A stretch of DNA of 64,000 bases from Patescibacteria group bacterium (GTDB taxonomy: Bacteria; Patescibacteriota; Patescibacteriia; UBA10025; JBIOWE01). The stretch lies in the NCBI GenBank assembly GCA_044868145.1, contig JBIOWE010000006.1, positions 78,558-142,557 on the forward strand. Reading direction: 5' to 3'. The translations under genes and the position numbers were made by a program. Under the pieces are notes generated by a model, which did not search any database, was not told the origin of the DNA, and saw nothing but the letters and a program-made list of their open reading frames with translations. Below, in pieces: positions 43,929-53,808 of the stretch (its first letter is position 1; each line of letters begins with the position of its first letter).

Positions 43929-44990
43929 ATGACTTCACCAGGTAAGGACAAAGAATTCATTTGGGGCAAGAAGCGGAATAAAACGTGGATCCTCATCGTT
44001 GCGATTGCCGTGCTTGCTGTTGCCGCGCTCGTTGGTGGGGTTTTGTATTTTGGGAAAAAGACAGGGAAGCCGCAGGAGAATGCCAACACGACCAACAATC
44101 TCGTGAGACGGGCTATTGACGGCGTATTGGTCGAACCAGACCAGGCGAATTTCTACCCGGTTGCCGTGATGATTGAAAATCTCGTGTCTGTTCGCCCGCA
44201 GTCAGGCCTTAGCCATGCAAATGTTGTGTACGAAGCTCTCGCGGAAGGCGGCATTACCCGCTTTATGGCCGTTTTTGCGGGCAAGTATGATATAGCGATG
44301 ATTGGACCAGTCCGATCCAGCCGTTTGTACTATCTGGATTGGGCAAAGGAGTTGAACGCCCTGAACGCGCACGCTGGCGGCAGTCCCGAGGCGATATCCG
44401 CAATCAAGAAATACAGCATTATCGATTTAGATCAGTTTTACAACGCTCAATATTTCTGGCGGGATAAAGACCGTGCAGCGCCCCATAACCTGTTCACGTC
44501 CTCACAATTGCTCGCGTTCGCTTTGCGCGATAAAAAGATCGCACAAGAAGGGTCCTATGACAGGTGGCTTTTTAAAGACGATGCAGCTCTGCTTGAGCGG
44601 CCCGCAGACGCAAAAACAATAACGATTGATTTTTCCACGTTTAATTATAAGGTGGAGTACCAATACGACCGAGAACAAAATGATTATAAGCGATTCCAAG
44701 CAGGCCAGCCGCATGTTGATCGGGATGGTACGGTTATTCGCACAAAGAACGTAGTCGTTCAATATGTAAAAACGCGACTGGCCGATGAGCAGCGGTTGTC
44801 TATGGAAACGATTGGCGAAGGAGACGTGATTGTATTCCGTGATGGCAATGCCACGCTCGGGAGATGGAAAAAAACTGCGCGAGAAGAACGAACGCGCTAT
44901 TATGACACAAACGGCAATGAAGTATCGCTCAATGCTGGAACTACCTGGGTGGAGGTTGTTCCCTCGGATCGGACCATACAATATAATTGA
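43929..44990 (+). CDS. DUF3048-family (YerB-like) protein, paralog 1
   Basis: N-terminal TM; core VAVMIENLVSVRPQSGLSHANVVYEALAEGGITRFMAVF...GPVRSSRLYY. Confidence 0.7.
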   Translation: MTSPGKDKEFIWGKKRNKTWILIVAIAVLAVAALVGGVLYFGKKTGKPQENANTTNNLVRRAIDGVLVEPDQANFYPVAVMIENLVSVRPQSGLSHANVVYEALAEGGITRFMAVFAGKYDIAMIGPVRSSRLYYLDWAKELNALNAHAGGSPEAISAIKKYSIIDLDQFYNAQYFWRDKDRAAPHNLFTSSQLLAFALRDKKIAQEGSYDRWLFKDDAALLERPADAKTITIDFSTFNYKVEYQYDREQNDYKRFQAGQPHVDRDGTVIRTKNVVVQYVKTRLADEQRLSMETIGEGDVIVFRDGNATLGRWKKTAREERTRYYDTNGNEVSLNAGTTWVEVVPSDRTIQYN

Positions 44991-45023
44991 CGATTCGAGG
45001 ATAGAAAACCTTAGCTAAAAAAA

Positions 45024-46151
45024 ATGGATAAAACAAAAAAACAAACAAACAATCAACCGACAAACACGGCACTCTACAAGGGGTTGACGCTCGTGATATT
45101 TCTTCTTGCAGGAACCCTTGTGTCGTGGCTTATCGTGCACGCATACACTGCCGCAGTTGGCGATGCGGTAAGTTTTTATTTTGAAGAGGGTAATGTTTCT
45201 CACGTTGCAACCGCTGAAGGTATACAAACGACGCAACCCGCTCGCTTACTCGACGGTGTGCTCGTTCCTTCTGACCAAACATCGTATTGGCCATACGCCG
45301 TGATGATCGAAAACTTGCTTTCGGTTCGCCCGCAATCCGGGTTGTCGCAAGCGTCCGTGGTGTATGAGACCCTTGCGGAAGGAGGCGCCACGCGCTTTAT
45401 GGCAGTGTTCGATCCGTCGGAGGTGATGCCAGAAATTGGGCCGGTGCGCTCCAGTCGTCCCTATTACCTTGAATGGGCGTCAGAATATGCAGCGCTCTAT
45501 GCGCATGCGGGTGGCAGTCCGAAGGCGCTGACGGTTATCCGCGAGAACAGCGATTTGTCTAAGCAGAACCTGGAAGCGCTCGGACGCGACGGCGTGTACT
45601 TTTGGCGCGACCACGGTATTAGCGCGCCGCATAATTTATTCACGTCGTCAGAAAAAATGAACTTCGCCCTTCGGGACAAAGGATTCGCGGACCAAACCGC
45701 ATCGTTTCAGCCATGGCTCTTCAAGAACGACGCAGCTTTGGCAGATCGCGGGCAAGACGGAAAAACGGCGACGTTCAATTTTTCTTATGGGTTAACGTAT
45801 AAAGTTGGTTTTCAATATAACCGTGAGCGTAATGTGTATCTGCGATTCAACGCGGACCAGCCACACACCGATAAAAACACCGGCAAGCAAATTGAAGCGA
45901 AAAACGTGATTGTACAACTTGTTGAAGAACCCCAATTGGTCGGGGAAAAAGGACGACTGGACATCTATGTCGGTGGAACCGGCAAAGCTTGGATTTTCCG
46001 CGATGGCCAAGTGATTCCTGCCACATGGAAAAAAACCGAGCGCACCGAGCGGACACGTTTCTATGACGCTGACGATAAGGAAATAGAGCTGAACAGTGGG
46101 AACACGTGGGTTCAGGTTTTATCGAAGACGCAGGACGTTACCTATGAATAA
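45024..46151 (+). CDS. DUF3048-family (YerB-like) protein, paralog 2
   Basis: Same conserved core as the 43929 gene (AVMIENLLSVRPQSGLSQASVVYETLAEGGATRFMAVF...GPVRSSRPYY). Confidence 0.7.
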   Translation: MDKTKKQTNNQPTNTALYKGLTLVIFLLAGTLVSWLIVHAYTAAVGDAVSFYFEEGNVSHVATAEGIQTTQPARLLDGVLVPSDQTSYWPYAVMIENLLSVRPQSGLSQASVVYETLAEGGATRFMAVFDPSEVMPEIGPVRSSRPYYLEWASEYAALYAHAGGSPKALTVIRENSDLSKQNLEALGRDGVYFWRDHGISAPHNLFTSSEKMNFALRDKGFADQTASFQPWLFKNDAALADRGQDGKTATFNFSYGLTYKVGFQYNRERNVYLRFNADQPHTDKNTGKQIEAKNVIVQLVEEPQLVGEKGRLDIYVGGTGKAWIFRDGQVIPATWKKTERTERTRFYDADDKEIELNSGNTWVQVLSKTQDVTYE

Positions 46152-46187
46152 TGATTCTTTGTAGCTCAACAATGCAAAAAGAAAAAA

Positions 46188-46215
46188 GCCATAGGGTTAT
46201 TCCTATGGCTTTTTG
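46188..46215. terminator. bidirectional rho-independent terminator
   Basis: GCCATAGG-gttatt-CCTATGGC flanked by A-run on one side and TTTTT on the other, between convergent genes. Confidence 0.7.
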
Positions 46216-46231
46216 GTATTCTCCTGAGAGA

Positions 46232-46670
46232 TTAATCGGGTTGTGGCAGTTGACATTTGCAGACTGAGGGACGTGCGTGCAACGTAGGACCGTCGGGTCC
46301 TTCTTGCAGAACATATGCAATGCCGTCCACTGGATTTGGCCAAAACAGAATGTCGAGAAACTCACTCAGCGTGAGCTTGTCAACACGCAAGACTTTTGGT
46401 CCGTATAATGTGAAGGAAACAGACGGCTTATCCTTTTGCAAGTTGAACGACAGTTCCGTGAGCATCCCGGCATAAATCTTATCGCGGGTGTATATCCGTG
46501 TCAGAATTTGTAGTTCTGGGTCATTGGTAATAACCACTCTGCTTCGGCTGCTTACGCCCGGCTGCTTCAACAAATAGTCTGCTAACTTTTCAGCTGCCAT
46601 TGATTTGGAGGTAGCAACTGATACCTCTTGCCACAAAGCGATAACCTCTTGGAAGTTTTGAAGGATCATG
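46232..46670 (-). CDS. hypothetical protein
   Basis: 146 aa from ATG 46670 preceded by GGAGGTG RBS on the minus strand. Confidence 0.5.
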
Positions 46671-46829
46671 CTGCACCTCCTTAAGTAGGATGAGGATAGC
46701 ATGCGGGGGCTTCGTATGCAAGATGTCTTTTAAAGCCACTTCAGTGCAATCAAGGCTTCATCAAGTCAATCAATGGCTCACAGGATCAATGTCGCTTAAT
46801 GCAATTTTTCGTTATGTGGGTAAGAGCCC

Positions 46830-46858
46830 TTGACAAAATGTAACAAGTTTGCTAAAAT
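46830..46858 (+). promoter_or_regulatory. promoter TTGACA-17-TAAAAT for SPFH gene
   Basis: Read from sequence. Confidence 0.55.
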
Positions 46859-46888
46859 ACCGTGATTAAATAAAAAACAAACTTTATC

Positions 46889-46906
46889 AAGGAGGAAAAA
46901 ATGTAG
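46889..46906 (+). promoter_or_regulatory. start-stop minimal ORF (AAGGAGG-6nt-ATG-TAG) in the SPFH leader
   Basis: caAGGAGGaaaaaATGTAGtttg read directly from sequence. Confidence 0.4.
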
Positions 46907-46971
46907 TTTGAAAAATCAAACACAGGAATAAGCAACCAAACCTTAAACCTTTTTTACGAGGAGGTCCCGAA

Positions 46972-47952
46972 ATGGGCTATATTATCATTGTAATTTTGGC
47001 GGTTATCATTTTTATCATTCTCAGAAAGGTAAGTAGAAAATTGCTGAAGACAGGAGAAGATAAGGGTATCCGCGGCAAAGAGCGAGATGAGGATCATGAA
47101 GACATCCGGAAGGAACTGATTAGGACTGGTAAAATACTTCACGTAGCCGCTCCGGTATTTCTGGCTATAGTAGTTGTTTCCGCTACTCTGATCACGTCCA
47201 TTCATCAAGTCCCGGCGGGCCACATTGGTGTCGTCTATGAATTTAAGGCGATTAGGGGTCAAATAACCGAGGGGTTCCAGGTGATTGCTCCCTGGCGAAA
47301 AGTGCAGATCGCCAATGTCCAGGTGCAAAGCCACAAGATTGAACTCGTGGCTTTTAGCCAGGAAACGCAGGACGTTCGTGTAAAAGCAACGTTAAACATA
47401 AGAGTATCGCCGGATGCGATTCAGAAGCTCTTCCGTGAGGTTGGGCCAAACTACTTTGAGATAGTGGTCTTACCTCGAGTGTTGCAGAATTTTAAAGATG
47501 AGACGGTAAAATATAAGAGCGTAGACATAGCGCCAAGCAGGGAGCCTATTCGTAAAACAGTGCGTACCCGTCTTGAGGGTGAATTATCCTCGGCTTATTC
47601 TATTGAGGTAGTTGACCTTCTCCTTGATGATGTTGATTTCAACCCGAAGTTCAAGGAGGCTATCGAGAAGAAGCAGATCGCGACCCAGAATGCCCTTGAG
47701 GAACAGCAAAGAGTTGCTGTAGAAAAATACAAGGCTGACCAGGCCGTGGAGAAAGCAAAAGGCCAGGGTAATTCCATTCTTGTCGTAGCTGAGAAGCAGG
47801 CGGAGGCAAACAGAAAGCTGTCAGCATCCCTAACGCTCCAGCTTATTCAATATACAGCAATCCAGAAGTTGAGCGAGAATGTTCAAGTCATTATGCTGCC
47901 CTCCGGACAAAACATAATTCTGCCACCAGAAGTCTTAAAACCGGGTCGTTAA
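46972..47952 (+). CDS. SPFH/band-7 (stomatin/prohibitin/HflK-C-like) membrane protein
   Basis: N-terminal TM then conserved SPFH core (PAGHIGVVYEF..., coiled-coil EEQQRVAVEKYKADQAVEKAKGQG). Confidence 0.85.
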   Translation: MGYIIIVILAVIIFIILRKVSRKLLKTGEDKGIRGKERDEDHEDIRKELIRTGKILHVAAPVFLAIVVVSATLITSIHQVPAGHIGVVYEFKAIRGQITEGFQVIAPWRKVQIANVQVQSHKIELVAFSQETQDVRVKATLNIRVSPDAIQKLFREVGPNYFEIVVLPRVLQNFKDETVKYKSVDIAPSREPIRKTVRTRLEGELSSAYSIEVVDLLLDDVDFNPKFKEAIEKKQIATQNALEEQQRVAVEKYKADQAVEKAKGQGNSILVVAEKQAEANRKLSASLTLQLIQYTAIQKLSENVQVIMLPSGQNIILPPEVLKPGR

Positions 47953-47975
47953 AACGACATCCGAGTTTACTAATA

Positions 47976-48012
47976 GTCCCTTCAGAACTTCGATTCTGAA
48001 GGGACTTTTTAT
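47976..48012. terminator. bidirectional rho-independent terminator
   Basis: 11-bp stem GTCCCTTCAGA/TCTGAAGGGAC followed by TTTTTATTT. Confidence 0.75.
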
Positions 48013-48876
48013 TTAGCTAATAATCGCAACGCGGTCCATACCCGCCAGGTCCTGTTTAAAGGTCACTGTTCGATCTGGCAGATGGTGCTCCACGAGGTAT
48101 TCCAGTGCCTTTGTTTGTCGCGGTGAGATTTCAAGGAGGAGCACGCTTGACGGTGCGAGGACGCCGCTCGCTTGCATGAGTAGTCGCTCTATATATTCCA
48201 TGCCTAGCTTGCCTCCATAGAGTGCCTCTTTGGGTTCGTGAGGAACATTCGCAAGTTCGTCCTTTGTAAGGTAGGGAAGATTTGCGACAATAATATCTGC
48301 TTTTGCCCTGGTACCGTCCGGCCGCTTCACTCGTGCTAACGGCTTGACGAGGTCGCCGTGCAGAAACAGAATTTTGCTAAGCAGCTTATGAACCCTAGCG
48401 TTCTTTTTGGCAACTGTGAGTGCGCCGGGTGAACGGTCAATCGCAATGATTCTGGCAAATGGAACATATTTGGCAAGAACAATTGCAACGCAGCCAGAAC
48501 CAGTCCCAATATCGACAATGAGTGGAGGCGGTGTTCTCGACTTCATTGTTCTTGCCTGCTGAATCGTTTCATCAACCAGCAGCTCAGTTTCTGGCCGCGG
48601 GATCAGCACGCGTTTATCAACAAGAAATTCCAGACTGTAAAACTCTTTTTTCTTGATAAGATATGCGACCGGCTGGCCCTTAGCGCGCTTGGCGACCAGT
48701 ATCCGAAATTTTTTAATTTGTTTTGTTGTAAGACGTTGCCCAGTATGCGCAAGAAGCGATGCTCGGCTAATACGTAGGATAGAGGACAATAAAACTTCTG
48801 CGTCAAGATGAGCAGAAGGAATCTCATTGCCCCGAAGTTTTTCAACGGCTCTTGTGAGCGCTTCCTGTATGATCAT
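48013..48876 (-). CDS. prmC: release factor glutamine N5-methyltransferase
   Basis: SAM motif VDIGTGSGC and NPPY-like IIVANLPY. Confidence 0.9.
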   Translation of the reverse strand: MIIQEALTRAVEKLRGNEIPSAHLDAEVLLSSILRISRASLLAHTGQRLTTKQIKKFRILVAKRAKGQPVAYLIKKKEFYSLEFLVDKRVLIPRPETELLVDETIQQARTMKSRTPPPLIVDIGTGSGCVAIVLAKYVPFARIIAIDRSPGALTVAKKNARVHKLLSKILFLHGDLVKPLARVKRPDGTRAKADIIVANLPYLTKDELANVPHEPKEALYGGKLGMEYIERLLMQASGVLAPSSVLLLEISPRQTKALEYLVEHHLPDRTVTFKQDLAGMDRVAIIS

Positions 48877-49925
48877 CGCTGTTTTTCTTTGTTTTTGAGC
48901 GATTCAATGATCGGTTGTAAGTCGCCGTCCATAGTTGCTTGAATATTATGAAAGCTTTCTTTAATGCGGTGATCTGTTATGCGGTCTTGGGAGAAGTTGT
49001 AGGTCCGAATTTTTTCCGACCGGTCGCCAGTGCCGATTTGGCTTTTGCGCGCCCGGGATTGCTCTTTGCGTTTTTTTTCTTCTGCTAAGGCAAGCAGCCG
49101 CGAGCGCAATACTTGCAGCGCTTTTTCCCTGTTTTGGCGTTGGGATCGTTCGTCTTGGCATTGGACGACAAGGCCCGTAGGCAGGTGCGTAATGCGAACA
49201 GCCGAGTAGGTTGTGTTGACGGATTGCCCGCCATGGCCCGACGAGGTTGTTGCCTCAATGCGTAAATCCTCGGGTTTGATTTCTATGTCCACGTCTTCCG
49301 CTTCCGGCAGCACAACAACGGTTGCCGTAGACGTGTGCACCCGGCCGCTTTTTTCCGTCTCTGGTACCCGTTGGACGCGGTGAACGCCGCTTTCATACTT
49401 AAGGACGCTATACACGTTGTTTCCATTTATTTCAAAAATAATTTCTTTCATACCTCCAATACCAGTACGGTTCGCGGCGATGAGATGCGTTGTCCAACCC
49501 TGGCGTTCCGCGAATTGCGAGTACATGCGAAACAACTGTGCCGCGAACAACGCTGCTTCATCGCCGCCGGTTCCTGCTCGAATTTCGATAATGATGTCCC
49601 GCTGGTCCAGAGGGTCGGCCGGGTGGAGGAATTCGTTTATCACGCTTTCTCGTTCTTGTTTTTTTTGCAAGAGGGAGCGCTCTTCGTCTCTCGCGATAGA
49701 CGCGAGCTCATCGTCTCCATCGGTCTCCATGGTCTTTTTGGTTTCCGCAAGCGCTGCCTCGATTTTCTTGAGTTCCTCAATATCACGAAGCACCCCGCCC
49801 AGTTCGTTATAGCGTTTCATTTTTTTTTGCAGAACGTGCGGCTGCGCCAATACTTCTGGATCTTGCAGGAGGCGCTCCAGCTCTTCGCGTTCCTTTTGTA
49901 AGTTGTTGATTTCTCGCGTTTCCAT
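48873..49925 (-). CDS. prfA: peptide chain release factor 1
   Basis: GGQ motif [11 protein letters not shown]; PxT tripeptide region; overlaps prmC by 4 nt. Confidence 0.95.
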   Translation of the reverse strand: METREINNLQKEREELERLLQDPEVLAQPHVLQKKMKRYNELGGVLRDIEELKKIEAALAETKKTMETDGDDELASIARDEERSLLQKKQERESVINEFLHPADPLDQRDIIIEIRAGTGGDEAALFAAQLFRMYSQFAERQGWTTHLIAANRTGIGGMKEIIFEINGNNVYSVLKYESGVHRVQRVPETEKSGRVHTSTATVVVLPEAEDVDIEIKPEDLRIEATTSSGHGGQSVNTTYSAVRITHLPTGLVVQCQDERSQRQNREKALQVLRSRLLALAEEKKRKEQSRARKSQIGTGDRSEKIRTYNFSQDRITDHRIKESFHNIQATMDGDLQPIIESLKNKEKQR

Positions 49926-49990
49926 GGTTTTGATGAAAGAAAAATCCCTCCATTTGCATATGCAAAAAAGAGGGACTACGTTGAGCCTTG

Positions 49991-50233
49991 TTACTTCGCG
50001 TCGCGCTTTGTTCGTTTCTTGGAGAGTTCCTGTTTACGCTGTACCATTCGCTGGAATCGTTCCACACGCCCCCGGTCATCGACGAGCTTTTGTTTACCGG
50101 TGTAAAACGGATGACAATTTGAGCAAATTTCGGTGTGCATTTCTGCCAACGTTGAACCGACCGTGAACGTGTTGCCGCACGCGCAGGTTACCTTTGCTTC
50201 AGAGAAATAGGTTGGATGGATTGAGTTTTTCAT
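49991..50233 (-). CDS. rpmE: 50S ribosomal protein L31
   Basis: MKNSIHPTY...CxC...[10 protein letters not shown] zinc-ribbon L31. Confidence 0.9.
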   Translation of the reverse strand: MKNSIHPTYFSEAKVTCACGNTFTVGSTLAEMHTEICSNCHPFYTGKQKLVDDRGRVERFQRMVQRKQELSKKRTKRDAK

Positions 50234-50317
50234 ATTACGTACGCTCATAGTGTACCAGAATGACGCGTCTTGTCAAGATATCGTGGCCGGACAAAGACTT
50301 GTTTACCCATAAGGCAC

Positions 50318-50345
50318 TTGCATATTTTATTCGATATGGTACTAT
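50318..50345 (+). promoter_or_regulatory. promoter TTGCAT-16-TACTAT for rpsB-tsf, followed by about 105-nt leader
   Basis: Read from sequence; leader contains a GCTC-GAAA-GAGC tetraloop hairpin. Confidence 0.4.
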
Positions 50346-50452
50346 GAGAACGCTCGAAAGAGCGATTATCTCACATACTTTCTGACGACCCCATCCTGCC
50401 CAAATCGGCACGCGGGAAGAACGACGAAAGTAGCGGCTAAAAAAGGATTCCT

Positions 50453-51181
50453 ATGCAAGACATTACGCTTGTAGACATGCTACAACAAGGGGTTCACTTC
50501 GGACATCAAGAAAGCCGATGGCACCCCGGTATGAGGCCGTACATCCACTCTGTGCGAAACGGCATTCATATTATTGATTTAGAAAAAACAAAAGAAAAGC
50601 TGCTTGAAGCCTTGACGTTTGTGCGCGACATTGCCGCTTCAAACGGCACGATTCTGTTTGTTGGGACTAAGCGTCAAGCGCAGGCGGTTGTCGAAAAACA
50701 CAGCCGCGCGGTCGCAATGCCATTTGTTACACACCGGTGGATTGGTGGAACGTTGACGAATTTTTCCGTCATTCAGCAATTGATTCGTCGTCTAAAGAAT
50801 TTGAAACAGCAAGCGTCTTCGGGTGAACTGAAAAAGTACACAAAAAAAGAACAGCTTGATCTTCATCGGGAGATCGAACGGCTCGAAGAGGAGGTCGGAG
50901 GCATGCAGCAGATGGAACAGTTGCCGCAAGCGCTTTATGTGGTTGATATTAAAACAGAGAGGACCGCAGTTCGGGAAGCGCAGTCTAAGGGAATTCCGGT
51001 CGTGGCGCTCTGCGATTCAAACACAAATCCGACAATGGTAACGCACCCAATCCCCGCGAACGACGACGCGACAAAATCCATCGAGTTCATTACCAATTTG
51101 ATCGCCAAAGCGATCGAAGAAGGAAAAAAACACCCGAAACAGCCGGAGCCAAAGCCAACAGAAAAGAAGAAAGAGGCATAA
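50453..51181 (+). CDS. rpsB: 30S ribosomal protein S2
   Basis: 242 aa; conserved S2 sequence (GVHFGHQ..RWNP, FVGTKRQA). Confidence 0.97.
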   Translation: MQDITLVDMLQQGVHFGHQESRWHPGMRPYIHSVRNGIHIIDLEKTKEKLLEALTFVRDIAASNGTILFVGTKRQAQAVVEKHSRAVAMPFVTHRWIGGTLTNFSVIQQLIRRLKNLKQQASSGELKKYTKKEQLDLHREIERLEEEVGGMQQMEQLPQALYVVDIKTERTAVREAQSKGIPVVALCDSNTNPTMVTHPIPANDDATKSIEFITNLIAKAIEEGKKHPKQPEPKPTEKKKEA

Positions 51182-51184
51182 TCT

Positions 51185-51769
51185 ATGGCAGTGAATCAAG
51201 ACATTGTTACATTACGAGAGCGCACTGGTGCCGCCATCATGGATGCAAAGAAAGCACTTGAACAAGCAGGCGGCGACCTCGAGCAGGCTATTGGAATCCT
51301 CAAGAAGAAGGGGATGAAGATTGCGCAGGAAAAAAGCGGTCGTTTGGCAAAAGAAGGCACGATTGGATCCTACGTGCACGCGAACGGCAAGGTTGCCGCT
51401 TTGGTTCTCGTTTCATGCGAAACTGACTTCGTGGCGCGCACGCCAGAGTTTCAGGAACTGGCTCATGACATTGCCATCCAGGTCGCGGCAACAAATCCGC
51501 AATACGTGGCTCCTAACGACGTGCCTTCGGTCATTGTTGAAAAGGAACGACAGCTAATCATGGAGGAATTCAAGGGTCAAAAAAAACCCGTAGCCGTGCT
51601 GGAAAAAATTGTGCAGGGCCGGCTGGAAAAATTTTTCACTGAAGTTTGTTTAGTCAAGCAGCCGTTTGTGAAGGACGACACAAAAACAATTGAAGCATTG
51701 CTGCACGAAAAGACCGCACGATTAAAAGAGCATATTGAAATTAAGGATTTCAAACGACTCGCGCTATGA
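51185..51769 (+). CDS. tsf: elongation factor Ts (short form)
   Basis: 194 aa; UBA-like N-terminus LRERTGAAIMDAKKAL; adjacent to rpsB. Confidence 0.93.
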   Translation: MAVNQDIVTLRERTGAAIMDAKKALEQAGGDLEQAIGILKKKGMKIAQEKSGRLAKEGTIGSYVHANGKVAALVLVSCETDFVARTPEFQELAHDIAIQVAATNPQYVAPNDVPSVIVEKERQLIMEEFKGQKKPVAVLEKIVQGRLEKFFTEVCLVKQPFVKDDTKTIEALLHEKTARLKEHIEIKDFKRLAL

Positions 51770-52656
51770 TTGCCGATTACATTGCGATCGGGCTTATCGT
51801 GGTGTGCTTGACGGTCATCACCATAATTGTTTCGAAAAAATTCCCGGTCCTCGCTTCGATCAACACGCGCGCACTCCCGAAGCATCGTCAAGAAACAGTT
51901 CGGAAAGAGCTGATGGAAAATAGGTTGCGCCGAAAATTCATTTCACTCAAGGATACGGCTCTCACGCAGGCAAAGCCATTGCAAGAGAAGATGCGCACAG
52001 CGTTAAAGGGTTTTTATGGAAAACTGGTGCAGCTCGAGCATGAGTATAAACTCAAGGCGAGGCAATTGGGACTGAACGAATCTGACGCGATAAAAGTCAA
52101 GGTACAGCGTCTTCTGAGTGACGCAAAAACTCTGATTGAACAGGAGGATTTGCGAGCCGCGGAGCAAAAATGCATCGAAGCAATTAGCCTTGATCCGAAA
52201 GAGGAAAAGGTCTATAAACTGCTGGGAGATGTGTATCTGCATATGAAGGATTATCAGCATGCAAAAGAAGTGTTGCATCATGTCTTGAAGCTTCATGAAA
52301 AAGATGCGGATGCCCACAGTGGCTTAGGCCTGATCGCAGCGCAAGAAGGCAACCTTGAGGAGGCACAACGAGAATACCTTGAGTCGGTCACCTTAAATAA
52401 TCAAATCGCGTCTCATCACGTTAACCTTGGCGAAACCTATTTGGCGCTTGGAGATATGAAGAAAGCAATCCAGTCTTTTCAGGAAGCGGTGCGCCTTGAG
52501 CCGAATAATCCGCGCAACCTTGATGTGCTGCTTACCGTCGCATTGAAAAGTAAGAATGTAACACTCGCCAAGGAAACACTTGAACGTTTGCGTGCAGTGA
52601 ATCCCGAGAACGAGAAGCTTGCAGGGTTCCAAGAGCAAATCCGGACTATGAAGTAA
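51766..52656 (+). CDS. TPR-repeat protein with N-terminal TM anchor
   Basis: Multiple 34-aa TPR-like units (AIQSFQEAVRLEPNN etc.). Confidence 0.75.
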   Translation: MIADYIAIGLIVVCLTVITIIVSKKFPVLASINTRALPKHRQETVRKELMENRLRRKFISLKDTALTQAKPLQEKMRTALKGFYGKLVQLEHEYKLKARQLGLNESDAIKVKVQRLLSDAKTLIEQEDLRAAEQKCIEAISLDPKEEKVYKLLGDVYLHMKDYQHAKEVLHHVLKLHEKDADAHSGLGLIAAQEGNLEEAQREYLESVTLNNQIASHHVNLGETYLALGDMKKAIQSFQEAVRLEPNNPRNLDVLLTVALKSKNVTLAKETLERLRAVNPENEKLAGFQEQIRTMK

Positions 52657-52779
52657 CGCGCCGTTGTAGCTCCCCGTACAATCCTCATTTCACTCGGATT
52701 TACGGGGCAAGCAGTTGGCACCCCGCACAACGAATCGTTCCGCACGTCGTATGCAGGGCAAGGAGCAACTCCATTACAT

Positions 52780-52855
52780 GCCGAGATAGCTCAGTTGGTA
52801 GAGCATCCCCATGGTAAGGGGAAGGTCACGAGTTCGATTCTCGTTCTCGGCTCCA
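52780..52855 (+). tRNA. tRNA-Thr (anticodon GGT)
   Basis: Manual cloverleaf: acceptor GCCGAGA/TCTCGGC, anticodon stem TCCCC/GGGGA, loop aTGGTaa, T-loop TTCGATT, CCA encoded. Confidence 0.9.
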
Positions 52856-52999
52856 GTTTCAATCTACTAAAGCATGGCGACCTTGGAATGTCATATATAC
52901 TGAACGTTTTACAGCAAAAGCCGAAGCATATAAAAAAGAAAGACAGATAAAATCTTACAAGGGTGGCGAAGGGTTTAAAAAATTGTTGCGTTGAGGCTG

Positions 53000-53087
53000 T
53001 GGGTGGATACCGAAGCGGTCAAACGGGCCTGACTGTAAATCAGGTGGCCTCCGGCCTTCGTAGGTTCGAATCCTACTCCACCCACCA
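53000..53087 (+). tRNA. tRNA-Tyr (anticodon GTA), long variable arm
   Basis: Acceptor GGGTGGA/TCCACCC, anticodon stem CCTGA/TCAGG, loop cTGTAaa, T-arm GTAGG-TTCGAAT-CCTAC, CCA encoded. Confidence 0.9.
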
Positions 53088-53106
53088 TCGCGCTAGCTCA
53101 AATTTT

Positions 53107-53182
53107 GCCGAGGTAGCTCAGCCGGTAGAGCAACTGTTTTGTAAACAGTAGGTCGGAGGTTCGAATCCTCTCCTCGGCTCCA
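53107..53182 (+). tRNA. tRNA-Thr (anticodon TGT)
   Basis: Acceptor GCCGAGG/CCTCGGC, anticodon stem ACTGT/ACAGT, loop ttTGTaa, T-loop TTCGAAT, CCA encoded. Confidence 0.9.
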
Positions 53183-53198
53183 GGCGATCGGCAGGCGG

Positions 53199-53237
53199 GT
53201 AAACAGTAAGTCGTGGGTTCGAGTCCCACCTCCGGCT
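53199..53237 (+). pseudogene. tRNA-Thr(TGT)-derived 3' fragment (anticodon-loop remnant + variable + T-arm + 3' acceptor; no 5' half)
   Basis: GTAAACAGTAaGTCGtgGGTTCGAgTCCcaCCTCCGGCT parallels GTAAACAGTAgGTCGgaGGTTCGAaTCCtcTCCTCGGCT of the preceding tRNA; the complementary 5' acceptor strand is absent. Confidence 0.55.
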
Positions 53238-53335
53238 TTGCAAAATTTGGGCGGATAGGGCGTCGGTTTCGCCCTACGGGCGATCACCCGAAGGGTAACG
53301 AATCTTCTCCGATATTAACTCCATTAACCTACACT

Positions 53336-53491
53336 ATGTCACAAGATAATCTCATCAAATTAGAATGCACCGTGTGCCATCGGGTGAATTACTATAACTA
53401 TAGAAATAAGAAGACTGTTAAGGCACGGCTTGAGCTCAAGAAGTATTGCCAATGGGATAAGAAGCACACCCTCCATAAAGAAAGCAAGTAG
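53336..53491 (+). CDS. rpmG: 50S ribosomal protein L33
   Basis: 51 aa; LECTVCHRVNYYNYRNKK...RLELKKYCQWDKKHTLHKESK zinc-ribbon L33; the longer ORF from 53213 is an artefact. Confidence 0.9.
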   Translation: MSQDNLIKLECTVCHRVNYYNYRNKKTVKARLELKKYCQWDKKHTLHKESK

Positions 53492-53573
53492 CTTATGGCG
53501 TATGGCTTATAGTTAAGATGCGTCGCAATCAGTATTCCTATATGCGATAGGCTATAAGCCATAAGCTTTCTTT

Positions 53574-53607
53574 GGGGCTATCGTTCAATGGCAGGACACT
53601 GGTCTCC
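53574..53607 (+). pseudogene. 5' half of a second tRNA-Trp-like gene (acceptor + D-arm + anticodon stem up to CTCC of the CCA loop)
   Basis: GGGGCTATCGTTCAATGGCAGGACACTGGTCTCC parallels the 5' half of the intact tRNA-Trp; its partner lies at 53809-53845. Confidence 0.5.
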
Positions 53608-53684
53608 CCGCCCGCCTTCGAACGCCTTCACTGGGAGAGTAGTTTAGCGGCAGAACGCCGGTCTCCAACCCGCCCACCAACACT

Positions 53685-53755
53685 GGGGTCATCGTTCAAC
53701 GGCAGGACGTCGGTCTCCAAAACCGATAACCGAGGTTCGAATCCTCGTGACCCCG
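53685..53755 (+). tRNA. tRNA-Trp (anticodon CCA), intact
   Basis: Acceptor GGGGTCA/TGACCCC, anticodon stem TCGGT/ACCGA, loop CTCCAAA, T-arm CGAGG-TTCGAAT-CCTCG; CCA not encoded. Confidence 0.88.
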
Positions 53756-53808
53756 ATGTTGGTGGGCGGACGACTCCTTCCTCTCCCGCTGAAGGCGGTC
53801 GGGTGGGC

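Noticed and set aside
53213-53335. N-terminal extension of the L33 ORF (92-aa version)
   Set aside because: It overlaps the tRNA-Thr fragment. L33 homology begins at ATG 53336.
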